A stretch of 64,000 bases of DNA from Laetmonice hystrix (Eukaryota). How positions within the stretch are numbered: the first letter of the stretch is position 1; each line of letters starts with the position of its first letter. The stretch is from positions 45,696,001 to 45,760,000 of the forward strand of contig OZ249436.1 in assembly GCA_965235115.1 (NCBI GenBank), written 5' to 3'. The notes below the pieces were generated by a model that made no database searches, was not told the DNA's origin, and was given only the letters and a program-made list of their open reading frames with translations. Below, in pieces: positions 51,943 to 64,000 of the stretch. The translations under genes and the position numbers were made by a program.

Positions 51943-52567
51943 CTGAAACATTCAACAGCGAGCATCTCTATTGAAAACCGAGAAAAACTGTCATATAGAT
52001 CCCTATTATGTCATATTATACCTCGTCTTCGTACCAACTTCCGAATGTATACAAACATGCGTGGAAAAAGATGCGCTCCATTCTATATTCAAAATGTAGG
52101 TCTGTGTTTATCTTTCACATATTTCAGTAACCCTCCTTGACATTCTCGTGTTTGCTTGCTGTGGGTCGTTTACCCCAGACTGGAATGTTTTCAGGGAGTT
52201 ATACGACCCTCTGTTCAGGGTTGTCCTCACGCCCCGTTTTGTCTGACGGAGGGTATGGGGAGAGGGAGGGGGTCAAGGGTAGAAAGAAGGGGTTGAGGGT
52301 ATGTATGCGTGGTGTATACGCTGTGGGGGTGTATACGCACATATTACTCAATCCTGCATTGAAGGAATGAAATTTCTTCCCGTCGGTGAAGTACGCCAGC
52401 CCAGCATACAGAGAGATAATGCGCGGCCAAGACTAAGAACTACGCCATATCAAAGTACATCTCAACATATTCTTCCTGATATTCAATATTTACTTCAGTA
52501 TGTAAAACCAATTCAATGCAGCTTGTCATCTCTTCCTGCCACATTTAAGGAGGCTTTCTCGGCTAGA

Positions 52568-53572
52568 GTTCTACAATAGGTTCAGACTACAGAGTCTTTC
52601 TCACTGCATGACGACTGCAGTATAGAGGTAAGGTTCTACAATAGGTTCAGATTACAGAGTCTTTCTCACTGCATGACGACTGCAGTATAGAGGTAAGGTT
52701 CTACAATAGGTTCAGATTACAGAGTCTTTCTCACTGCATGACGACCGAAGTATAGAGGTAAGGTTCTACAATAGGTTCAGATTACAGAGTCTTTCTCACT
52801 GCATGACGACTGCAGCATAGAGGTAAGGTTCTACAATAGGTTCAGATTACAGAGTCTTTCTCACTGCATGACGACTGCAGCATAGAGGTAAGGTTCTACA
52901 ATAGGTTCAGATTACAGAGTCTTTCTCACTGCATGACGACTGCAGCATAGAGGTAAGGTTCTACAATAGGTTCAGATTACAGAGTCTTTCTCACTGCATG
53001 ACGACTGCAGTATAGAGGTAAGGTTCTACAATAGGTTCAGATTACAGAGTCTTTCTCACTGCATGACGACCGAAGTATAGAGGTAAGGTTCTACAATAGG
53101 TTCAGATTACAGAGTCTTTCTCACTGCATGACGACTGCAGCATAGAGGTAAGGTTCTACAATAGGTTCAGATTACATCTAGTCTTTCTTACTGCATGCCG
53201 ACCGCAGTATGAGGTAAGGTTCTACAATAGGTTCAGATTACAGAGTCTTTCTCACTGCATGACGACTGCAGTATAGAGGTAAGGTTCTACAATAGGTTCA
53301 GACTACAGAGTCTTTCTTACTGCATGACGACTGCAGCATAGAGGTAAGGTTCTACAATAGGTTCAGACTACAGAGTCTTTCTTACTGCATGACGACTGCA
53401 GCATAGAGGTAAGGTTCTACAATAGGTTCAGACTACAGAGTCTTTCTCACTGCATGACGACCGCAGTATGAGGTAAGGTTCTACAATAGGTTCAGATTAC
53501 AGAGTCTTTCTCACTGCATGACGACCGCAGTATAGAGGTAAGGTTCTACAATAGGTTCAGACTACAATAGGG
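52568..53572. repeat. 65-bp minisatellite, ~15 copies
   Basis: Direct tandem repetition. Confidence 0.96.
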
Positions 53573-55621
53573 GCTGTCAGGTATGTTAGTATACATGCGG
53601 GATATTCATTCATTCATTCATGTCCGTCTGTTAGTAGAAATCTTCGTCTGAGTAAATAAACAGCGAGATATGAGATGGGTGGGGGTATGTTTTATACCCA
53701 CCCTTCATCTTAAACGTGCTTCGTGTTGTTGGCCTGTTTTTCTTGTGTTTTTTTGTTTAACAAAATCTTTCTATAGAAGCGTGTCTACATAACGTTGAGC
53801 ACTGGTTGACAGATCCATTTGTCCATGTAGTGAGATAACCTTTAAAGGTTAATTATAATGGAATGCCGTTAGACTGCCATGTGAACTCCCTCTTGGCGTT
53901 CGTCATCAAACTGCCGACTCATGCACCTGAAAGCACGAGCCATTTCAAGTTCCAGTAACTTGTCCACATGGCTTTCCAACTCGATGCATTCCGCGAGAAA
54001 AAAAAACTTGAATTACAAGGATAACATGAAAAAGTAAGACGATGTTAAAGGTGGCGCTTAACCCTCGTTATAAAAGGTGGCCAGGAGAGCGGATAGTGTA
54101 CCGGATGAGTCATCTCTCAGGATTGCAAGCGTCAGCTTCTTCTTCAATATAATACATAGCATGTCGATGACGAATCGGGGCATGTAAGATGTGGCTCCGT
54201 TAACCCAAGGGCACACTAGAGAGTTTTCTATTCAAGACAAATCCATTAGAGTTACATGTCTCTGCATGATAATATACGACTTTACTATCCGATGTCTTTG
54301 GGTAAATATCATATTGTTTTTGTTCTTATTGTAAACACCGAAAGCTCTCGACATACAGAAAACGTGTTACGTGTTAATCTATCTCCGACCTGGGAAGTAC
54401 TTGACACCTTAAAATACATGCCAGTGGTAATCCTAAGTGTACGGAAGTACTCAGTAGCAGGTACACTGTTGGTAAGGGATTCGGTAGAAACACCAATTAG
54501 CAGGGGTGCAATAAAATCACACCTTACTAATTAAACACTTGCACAGAGTCAAGGCACTGAGAGACTCAGGTAAATTTATGGCTTCAGTCCCTATACTAGT
54601 GAAAGAAAGAGGAAGTATTCATATTTTATTTCTGTTTGATAGTTTTCTTGGTCAGTTTCCCTCAGCTCCCCCCCCCCCCACATTATGTCTCCATCCTCCG
54701 CCCATTCACCCCCCCTTCCCCCCCCCCCCCCCCACATTATGTCACCATCCTCCGCTCATTCACCCCCCACCTATTCCCCTTATTTTCCATGCTCCATGCA
54801 CACAGAACCAGAACCAACAGTTCTTCACGACTTCTCGATCCCCACTCTCCGTGCGGGAGAAACATGATCCGACGTCCAGACCTGAACGTCCTGGCCACCA
54901 TATTGTCCCCCACCAATAGCAGCGCCACCTTTTGTTGAGTAAGTAAACCCTCTAAAGGCTTTATTTGAGACGCTTGGCTGAAGTTCTTTCTCTCCTTTCT
55001 CATTCCTTTATATAAACGCCTCTGTGATCTACAGCCGTACGATTCCGCTGCCCACCTGGCGCAGTGCTGTATGTGTCAGTGGTTAATACCGTCCCACGCT
55101 GTGTCATGAATAATTAACAAACCACTTATTCTGGATCTACAACACCAGGTGATAACACAGCACAGCACAGGTTTTAAGGCAGGTATCAGATAAGATAGAC
55201 CAACACACTTCACAGGGACAGTGGTTTACAAAGAAAATATCCTTATCTTTACCAATATAACATTACCAAATTAGAAAACTCATAATTAATAGCGAACAGG
55301 ACACTTGTGTTTTGACCCTGCCGGATCAGATATCTTGATATAAATGTAGTAAGTATGACAGATCTGCCGACTTTTGGTCGCCAAGGACAGCAGCTTCCAT
55401 TGTTACAGTACACGGGCTCCCATATAGGCCGATCGGCCTTATCCGAGCCAACATTTGTTTGTTCCTATAATCTATAGTCTTCTTGGTTGTAGAATTTCAA
55501 TTATAATAGTTAGTGCCTATAAGTGTTTGTCCCTCTGTGTAAATAATGGTGTACACAAGAGTTTCTCTTGTACAGCAAGTTTTGTCAACCATAATACAAC
55601 AGTCAGTGTCATACCTACTCG

Positions 55622-55820
55622 TTCGTATCAGATCCTCTCTCGTGAATGTATCACACATTATCATGATGTCCTTCGTATCAGATCATCTCTCGTGAATGTA
55701 TCACACATTATCATGATGTCCTTCGTATCAGATCCTCTCTCGTGAATGTATCACACATTATCATGATGTCCTTCGTATCAGATCCTCTCTCGTGAATGTA
55801 TCACACATTATCATGATGTC
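55622..55820. repeat. 50-bp tandem repeat, 4 copies
   Basis: Direct tandem repetition. Confidence 0.93.
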
Positions 55821-56004
55821 AGGAGGGATTTAATGACCGAAGGGATAATACCTATACCTAGGGTGACACGGAGAGGTACATGTTGTTTGATAACATTGTT
55901 TATCAATAAACTAATAACTATTATCAATAAATAAGTGGATATAATTGGTTTCAGATCTTTGTGATTGGCGGACAAGTTCCTAACCTATGGGCATTGTATA
56001 TCTA

Positions 56005-56196
56005 AAGAGGGAGAGAAAGAGAGCGAGAGGGAGAGAGGAGATTTGAGATAGAGTGAGTGAGAGAGAGACAAACGAGAGGGAGAGCGAGAGAGAGAGAGAG
56101 AGACTGAGAGAGAGAGAGAGATAGAGCGAGAGGGAGAGAGGAGATATAGAGATAGAGTCAGTGAGAGAGAGAGAGAGAGAAAGCGAGAGAGAGAGA

Positions 56197-56233
<37 letters not shown>

Positions 56234-56927
56234 AGAGAGAGAACAGTCAAAATAATACTACCCACAACCATGTTGTTGATATTCCGTGTCTAAATCCCCC
56301 CTGATACTTGATATCTAACCCATATAAATGAATGCCAAGTCTGAAACACATCAACATATATCATAGCAGTTAACTTGATGGTCTTTTGGCATTCCCTCTC
56401 CAAGTCCTGCGTGCAATTATTTACGTTAGTTACTTTCTCTCAGCATTACTTTCACGTCTGAGGTCGTCTAGTATATTATATGAGCATGGTGCAGCAGGTG
56501 ACACAATAATTGCCCGACATCGTTCATGCCATTTCTGATGAAAGAAACCTATCGTCTTTGGTGATGATCTAGTGTGGAGAAAGAGAGAGAGAGACAGAGG
56601 GAGAGAAAGACAGTGATAGAGAGAGACAGAGGCAGACAGAGACAGAGAGAGGGAGAAAGAGGGGGGAGAAGGAGGGAGGGAGAGAGAGGGAGAGAGAGAG
56701 ACAGATAGGGACAGAGAGAAAGAGGGATAGAGAGACATAGAGAGACATAGAGAGAGGGAGAGGGATAGAGAGAGACAGGGAGAGGGACAGAGAGAGCCAG
56801 ACAGAGAGGGACATAGAGAGAGAGAGAGGGGGAGAGGGACAGAGAGAGACAGCGAGAGACAGAGAGAAACAGACAGAGAGAAACAGAGAGAGACATAGAG
56901 AGAGACAGGTCCAGAGACAGAGAGGGA
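56005..56927. repeat. Two (GA)-rich microsatellite tracts (56005-56242 and 56576-56927)
   Basis: Direct inspection. Confidence 0.9.
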
Positions 56928-57330
56928 GCACGCTCGATTGACTACCAGACAGACCGAGTCGGACCGGTCTATAAACGGTATACACGTCCTTCGTTAAGGC
57001 CCTCAGTTTCCCCCGGCGTGGGGCCTAATCCGTAAAATGGATACTGATCGGGTAAACGGACCACCCCTCCCCTCCCCACCCCACACCGCGTCCACTTCAC
57101 ACCTGTCAGGTGAACAGCTGCCCTATGGACGCCGCCCTCCTAGCCCCTCTCTGGGGCTGGGATGGGGTGGGGGTAATACGGCATGCCTGAGCCGGACCGT
57201 GGCTATTGTTGTGACCTGTGTGGAGGGCGGGGTGGGGTAATTTACTCTCATCAGGTCTCATCAACAGATCTCTGGTCAGGGACTGAACGGGACCTGTGAA
57301 ATATATCTACAGAGTCTAGACTCTATGACA

Positions 57331-57638
57331 CTACCAACATCACGGGCATAATGTAATATTAGACTACCAACGTCTCAATCACGGGCATAATGTAAGATTA
57401 GACTACCAACGTCTCAATCACGGGCATAATGTAATATTAGACTACCAACGTCTCAATCACGGGCATAATGTAATATTAGACTACCAACGTCTCAATCACG
57501 GGCATAATGTAAGATTAGACTACCAACGTCTCAATCACGGGCATAATGTAATATTAGACTACCAACGTCTCAATCACGGGCACCATGTAATATTAGACTA
57601 CCAACGTCTCAATCACGGGCATAATGTAAGTTTAGACT
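57331..57638. repeat. 39-bp minisatellite, ~7 copies
   Basis: tcacgggcataatgtaatattagactaccaacgtctcaa repeated. Confidence 0.93.
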
Positions 57639-58612
57639 CTATAGACTGCAGAGTTTATCTGACCGGAGCCGCAAATATCGGGGGGGGGGGGGGACTTCTG
57701 GCACATTGTGAATTTCAATTCGAAACGTATTGTGCTAATTTGCCACGAATGTAAACTTTGAACTGAAAACACTGATTGCAGTTCACATTATAATCTCAAT
57801 GTGAGCTTGCTAGCCTGGGACAAGGATTTTCACACCTGTGGATCCATACACCTTTAACGTTCGGCGATTATCGGTATCCCTGGGACTTCCCCTGGTACTT
57901 GACCGCCGCTTAAAACGATCTCTGTCAACTGTAAGCCAGTAATCCGTATTGAAATCAGGACATTAAGTTCCCAAACTGACCCCAGATCTGACCGGATGAC
58001 CATCGACGTTATGCTTGTCGAGTGTCCCCGAGTGGAGGCTAGTATATGTACGTGAGCAGGAGCAAGCCGACCTCTACTGGGGGGTCGGTGCGGTATATAC
58101 CACGACCATATACCGATCGGATATATTGTATCCTTTGTTGGGGTCGTTGTATCCACTCGGCTGGCCCTGAACAGGCCCCTGTGAGTGGGGCAATGGGAGA
58201 TTATGAATGGCGATGGGAACTTGCCCAGTATACCATGATGGGGGTGGGCCACATTCTCACAAAATTGGGGATCAGGGGTTGGGACAGGGATAGAAATGGG
58301 AATAATATGTTGCACCGTTAAATGTAAAAATTACATGGAATGAAACAGGACCCCCCCCCTCAAAAAAAGAAAGTCAAATGTAAAAACCGATATCATATGA
58401 AAATAACATAAAATGTAACAGGTCCTCTATATGTAAAAAAAAGGTCAGATATAAAAAAAGACGTCATAATGTGAATAATCTTTAATTTTTAGGGGGAGGG
58501 GGGGGGGGGGCTTGGGCTAGATGGTAGAGGGTAGGACTAGGTGTTGGAGCTGTAGAAATGGTAATATATTTAATATTTATAGTTCCTACCACGAAGTGTC
58601 AAGGATATGGTA

Positions 58613-59402
58613 TATACTGACAGGGGAGGGAGAAGTCATCAGTTAAGGTACAAGGACCGTAGTAGTTCATGAGTATACTGACAGGGGAGGGAGAAGTCAT
58701 CAGTTAAGGTACAAGGACCGTAGTAGTTCATGAGTATACTGACAGGGGAGGGAGAAGTCATCAGTTAAGGTACAAGGACCGTAGTAGTTCATGAGTATAC
58801 TGACAGGGGAGGGAGAAGTCATCAGTTAAGGTACAAGGACCGTAGTAGTTTATGAGTATATACTGACAGGGGAGGGAGAAGTCATCAGTTAAGGTACAAG
58901 GACCGTAGTAGTTCATGAGTATACTGACAGGGGAGGGAGAAGTCATCAGTTAAGGTACAAGGACCGTAGTAGTTCATGAGTATACTGACAGGGGAGGGAG
59001 AAGTCATCAGTTAAGGTACAAGGACCGTAGTAGTTCATGAGTATACTGACAGGGGAGGGAGAAGTCATCAGTTAAGGTACAAGGACCGTAGTAGTTCATG
59101 AGTATACTGACAGGGGAGGGAGAAGTCATCAGTTAAGGTACAAGGACCGTAGTAGTTTATGAGTATACGGACAGAGGAGGGAGAAGTCATCAGTTAAGGT
59201 ACAAGGACCGTAGTAGTTCATGAGTATACTGACAGGGGAGGGAGAAGTCATCAGTTAAGGTACAAGGACCGTAGTAGTTCATGAGTATACTGACAGGGGA
59301 GGGAGAAGTCATCAGTTAAGGTACAAGGACCGTAGTAGTTTATGAGTATACGGACAGAGGAGGGAGAAGTCATCAGTTAAGGTACAAGGATCATAGTAGT
59401 TC
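58613..59402. repeat. 61-bp minisatellite, ~13 copies
   Basis: Direct tandem repetition. Confidence 0.96.
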
Positions 59403-60289
59403 AGATTTGGGCACACACATTCCCAGTGAGACGAGGCCTTCCTACCTAATTACCCACTGATTGTCGAGTCTCTCTATGACTCAGCCCTCAGCCCCAAGAC
59501 CTGCTAACCTCAAAGTACTAACACCTCAGCGACGGCGACAACCAACCATAGGGTTCATGTTAACCCTGTCAAACCTTATGGAACAAAAGAATGTCATGAA
59601 GGTCTTTATACCATTTTTCCGGGTAATTAGTTTTATTGACACAACCACCAGACACTCTGGAAGAATAAGGGCCCTTAAACAGATAAGAATGTGTCATGTA
59701 AAATTTGTAGTACCACATAGAGTTATCAGATCTGATCGTGAACCCTCAGGTCCGACTCTAACAGAGATTAACCAACAAAAGGACTAGCATGTTGCATGGA
59801 GCGAGACAGCGAAAGAATGAATAACAAAAAACAAAACACTTCATTCATTCTTATCATGTTCAGACGATACTAAATCTACTCCTTTCGACAGGTAATGGTA
59901 TTTTAGACAGGAGATCAATACCTGATCATCATAAACTATTCACTGAATTAGACATATCTTTGATAGGTTAATATTTAAAAAAAAATCTAGGGGACCTTCT
60001 CAAAGATTCTCAGATATCAAACCCAATTTACCGGCACGATTTTTCCGACGATTCTCATACATCGTTAACCTCCTCCCCCCCCCCCCCCCCCCCGTCTAGG
60101 AAATCCTGGATCCTGGCGCGAACCCGAACCTAGTATACTCAAACATTGACGATTACGTGTGCGGCTTTTGGTTACAGTGACCGACAAGGACGACACAGTT
60201 GGCGTGGTGACATTGAAATCTCAAAGATAAACGTTCAACAGGCTGTAGGGCAACAGTTGGTTCAAAGTGACTACATGAAGACTGTCAAA

Positions 60290-60825
60290 TTAAAGGGGCA
60301 TATTATGAGGAAACGTTAAAAATCGGTATTTCATAGAACTTTTGCTGTTTTCATAAAGAGATCCTTCATTAAAATTGCTTAGTAAACAAAGACAGACTTT
60401 TCAGTTTCATTTTGCGTGAGAAATCGAAGTTTATTAAGCTCCCTTGCCCGCTTCTCTGCCGATTTCGTAAAATATTTTTTGGGTGGCATTCAGATGCCGG
60501 GCGATCGAGTGCCACTGCTGAATTGTTTACAACTAAGCAAAGCACGTGACTAAGCACATGCAGAGCGTGCACACACAGGATGTGACGCAGTACGCGATTA
60601 CACGGGTTGATGGGGGGTTGTCCGCCAAATTATGGCGGGAGATGTGCTATCGGGAGAAATCTATAGGTTTGGTCGTATAGAATCTACTTGTGCTGCATAC
60701 GCAGCGAAAACACGTCGGAGGACAAAATGCTGTGGTAGGATTATTTACTTGGATCCCTAGTACACCGTCATGTTGGATAATTGCCGGAAATCCTCAAAAA
60801 CGTGTTTCATAGCATGCCCCTTTAA
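60290..60825 (-). mobile_element. TTAA-flanked MITE (T2/Kolobok-like), longer copy 2, inverted relative to 32115-32583
   Basis: ttaaaggggcat...atgcccctttaa; high identity to copy 1 plus ~67 extra internal bp. Confidence 0.85.
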
Positions 60826-61567
60826 CGGGCCACGCCTTATGGAAACCGTGGACGCCTTATGTTATTGTCGATATCAAACTTGAACACAGCTTTCGAACAC
60901 CTCGGAAAAAAAATCGTCCTTTTTTATATAATCTTTCCATGTAAGGATAATGTTGACCTTAAATTCTCTATCTAAATCTATCAACGTCTTATTTATTCCC
61001 TATTATAACTTTTCTCTAATTGTGAAGACTGGTATCTTATCTGTACCTCACCAGAGGATGAGTTTCCTGTATTAAAGGTACAGGAAACGTCGAGTAAAAT
61101 GACATTTTGTTGTAAAGAAATATGCAATTAAACGGCATAAGTTATTGTTGGTGTCTCAAGGATTAACGTTGTAGTAATCTTAATCCTTTCTCCCAGCTAT
61201 CACACAAGCTTTCTATGAGGACATCGATTGATCTCAATCCAGGGGTCGATACGTGTGAATCAATATCTACCCCTCCCACACCTGATAGTGACGTCTTATC
61301 ACAGACATTATGTAGCTCTACTTGTAGAGGTCTAGAAGCGTGTTGGTTGAAATTATTCTCACTGGTCTCCGAGCACGATACAGATTATGTCTAAGACCGC
61401 CACTTAATATGTTTCTCTTACAAAACAGCAAAAGTACATAGTCGTAGAATAACATTTAAAAGGCGGAAAGTATGGGGTTATAACAAGATAGCTTGTAGTG
61501 TTACGTCAAGTTCTGTGGCGGAGTTCGCCAAGCCACCTGTCTGTTCGTTACGCTACCCCTCACGTTA

Positions 61568-62429
61568 AGCCTGACTTCAAGCTGGGCTCAGGTACATGGC
61601 ATTATGTACCGTTAGGATATATAACACTCATCTGTAACTCAAGCCTGACTTCAAGCTGGGCTCAGGTACATGGCATTATGTACCGTTAGAAGATATAACA
61701 CTCACCTTTAACTCAAGCCTGACTTCAAGCTGGGCTCAGGTACATGGCATTATGTACCGTTAGAAGATATAACACTCACCTTTAACTCAAGCCTGACTTC
61801 AAGCTGGGCTCAGGTACATGGTATTATGTACCGTTAGAGGATATAACACTCACCTTTAACTCAAGCCTGACTTCAAGCTGGGCTCAGGTACATGGTATTA
61901 TGTACCGTTAGAGGATATAACACTCACCTGTAACTCAAGCCTGACTTCAAGCTGGGCTCAGGTACATGGCATTATGTAGGCCTATCGTTAGAAGATATGC
62001 CACTCTCCTGTAACTCAAGCCTGACTTCAAGCTGGGCTCAGGTACATGGCATTATGTACCGTTAGGATATATAACACTCTCCTGTAACTCAAGCCTGACT
62101 TCAAGCTGGGCTCAGGTACATGGCATTATGTACCGTTAGGATATATAACACTCATCTGTAACTCAAGCCTGACTTCAAGCTGGGCTCAGGTACATGGTAT
62201 TATGTACCGTTAGGATATATAACACTCATCTGTAACTCAAGCCTGACTTCAAGCTGGGCTCAGGTACCGTTAGAAGATATAACACTCTCCTGTAACTCAA
62301 GCCTGACTTCAAGCTGGGCTCAGGTACCGTTAGAAGATATAACACTCTCCTGTAACTCAAGCCTGACTTCAAGCTGGGCTCAGGTACATGGCATTATGTA
62401 CCGTTAGAAGATATAAGACTCACCTGTAA
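61568..62429. repeat. 74-bp minisatellite overlapping the gene D exon 1 splice donor, ~12 copies
   Basis: Direct tandem repetition; the terminal unit contains the real donor. Confidence 0.95.
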
Positions 62430-62841
62430 GATTAACGATTGCTGGCTTGTGTCGATGCCGAGGGAGTCGAGCGAAGAACTCTAGTTTTGAGATTGCCGGG
62501 TGAGTGGCCCACGTGTTGTGACAGCTGGCAGCCCTCGTGTCAAGGTACCGGTCCATGCTCAGAATACCCACATACAACGGTTTCCGGAGGACCAGTTTCT
62601 CCGGGAGGAAGGGACCCAGCGTCCCTGGTCCTCCGTTCTCATCCCACCACCTGGAGGACGCGTTCTCCAGGCCACCTCCTCCTGCTCCTCCAGGTGTCGT
62701 GTTCCTGGAGATGACTTCATACAGGACGTACCCCAAACACACCATGCTCCCGATCACAATCCCAATCACCACATCAAACACTTTGTTCTTGAAACAGTTT
62801 TGACATTTTTGGCACCGTTCACAGCTCGGTATTGAACACAT
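62424..62841 (-). CDS. Gene D coding exon 1: type II membrane anchor and start of a chondroitin sulfate synthase (CHSY/CHPF family)-like protein, ~676 aa total
   Basis: ATG 62841; TM VVIGIVIGSMVCLGYVLY; LYVGILSMDRYLDTRAASCHNTWA...LEFF resembles CHSY1 LFVGVMTAQKYLQTRAVAAYRTW...VQFF; donor ACAG|GTGAGT, phase 1. Confidence 0.9.
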
Positions 62842-63865
62842 GGTAAGACGCTCGTACGTACGGCGGGTGTCCTGCCCGCGCCACGACCAACCCGAGTGTG
62901 ACAGCAAGAACTGGGCGACAACTGCTCAACACCGACTAATTACCACTCACTGCCTCTAACAATATCACTGAGCCTCGGCCGCACACCGCCACTTTACATC
63001 GCTCCAGGTGAAAAAAGCGAAACACACTCGTTATCAAACTAATCAGTGTCCCCGCTTTCCTTCCAACACCGGGTCGCCTCAAGAGGTCGAGGACCTGGCG
63101 GTCATTAAAGGCAATCACTGGGAACTGTCCACGGTCAGATTACGAGCGCGTGCCAACATTTAGCAGGACCTGTTGATTCTTGTTCACAGATAGTTTTATC
63201 GGTCTCAAGGCAGAGTGGCATTCAGTAACGATTGTTCGATGATAATCATATATCTCACCTGGAAAACATCAATTATAACATCAGATTATTTAAGGGTGAA
63301 CTTGTCCGATCTTGTACAACATGTATCGAGTGAACACCCACCGTTGTACATGATTGTCTGATTAGGAGTAACCAGTAGTGTCGCAGACGTGCCGTGTTTC
63401 CATGTGGACGTTGCTGTGGTCAACCTAAAACATCGGCATGGGTTAAACGGTAGACAAAGAGAACTGCTAGGAAATATAGCACATCATGAGTGGTCCACTA
63501 AAGGATTTGTAAATGTTAGTTCTTCACCGCCAAACAGGAAAAGCTGGCCGATAAGAAACGATGCTTATCGGAAAGGAAGTAATTACTCCAACTCAAGAAC
63601 ATTTTTTTCTATGAATAATTTACTCCATTCTAGTCGTCTAAATGTTTATATCCAATGAGGAGAGGCATTTGTGCTTAAAGGACCATGTGTTCAAAATAAA
63701 TAAGAGCGTCACAGCAAACGACCTGGTGTAATCTATTAATCAGGTATTATTGGAGGACTGATGTAAATGACGTAAGAGATTGACAGGGTTTGCTTTGATA
63801 GACATGGACCAACGATTATAGTAAAGAGACAGGGAGGTTCCTTTGACGGCCTGCGACCTTGTGGG

Positions 63866-64000
63866 TCCTTTACATCTGGGATTCCTTTACATCTGTGATT
63901 CCTTTACATCTGTGACTCCTTTACATCTGTGATTCCTTTACATCAGTGATTCCTTTACATCTGTGATTCCTTTACATCTGTGATTCCTTTACATCTGTGA
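63866..64000. repeat. 17-bp minisatellite (gattcctttacatctgt), runs off the window
   Basis: Direct tandem repetition. Confidence 0.9.

Noticed and set aside
57854..58321. Overlapping 153-aa and 91-aa ORFs in gene D intron 1
   Set aside because: No recognisable motifs or splice support; gene D exons 1 and 2 join without them

Overview
Eukaryotic (invertebrate metazoan-type) genomic DNA with GT-AG introns, many unrelated minisatellites and small non-autonomous DNA transposons. Four spliced protein-coding genes can be reconstructed with phase-consistent junctions. Genes A (+, 2951-5677, ~717 aa) and B (+, 20620-25838, ~738 aa) each have a signal-peptide exon, a phase-1 intron and one huge exon. 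Both encode low-complexity secreted proteins that share no visible similarity except two short Cys-containing motifs: an internal N-x-[VI]-x-VSLxYICN and a C-terminal [RK][IV]F[IV]xRPR...H[IV]GPxMxISCxxx-stop. This looks like an unrecognised tandem family with a split 'clasp' module and is the main finding. Gene C (-, 36951-27056, 4 coding exons, ~409 aa) is a single-pass membrane protein with an EMI-like Cys-rich domain, a Thr/Pro stalk and a Tyr-motif tail, but no EGF repeats. Gene D (-, 62841-45909, 7 coding exons, ~676 aa) is a divergent chondroitin synthase (CHSY/CHPF family) with degenerate catalytic motifs. No rRNA, tRNA or CRISPR array was recognised. No database searches were possible; all family assignments are from recalled motifs.
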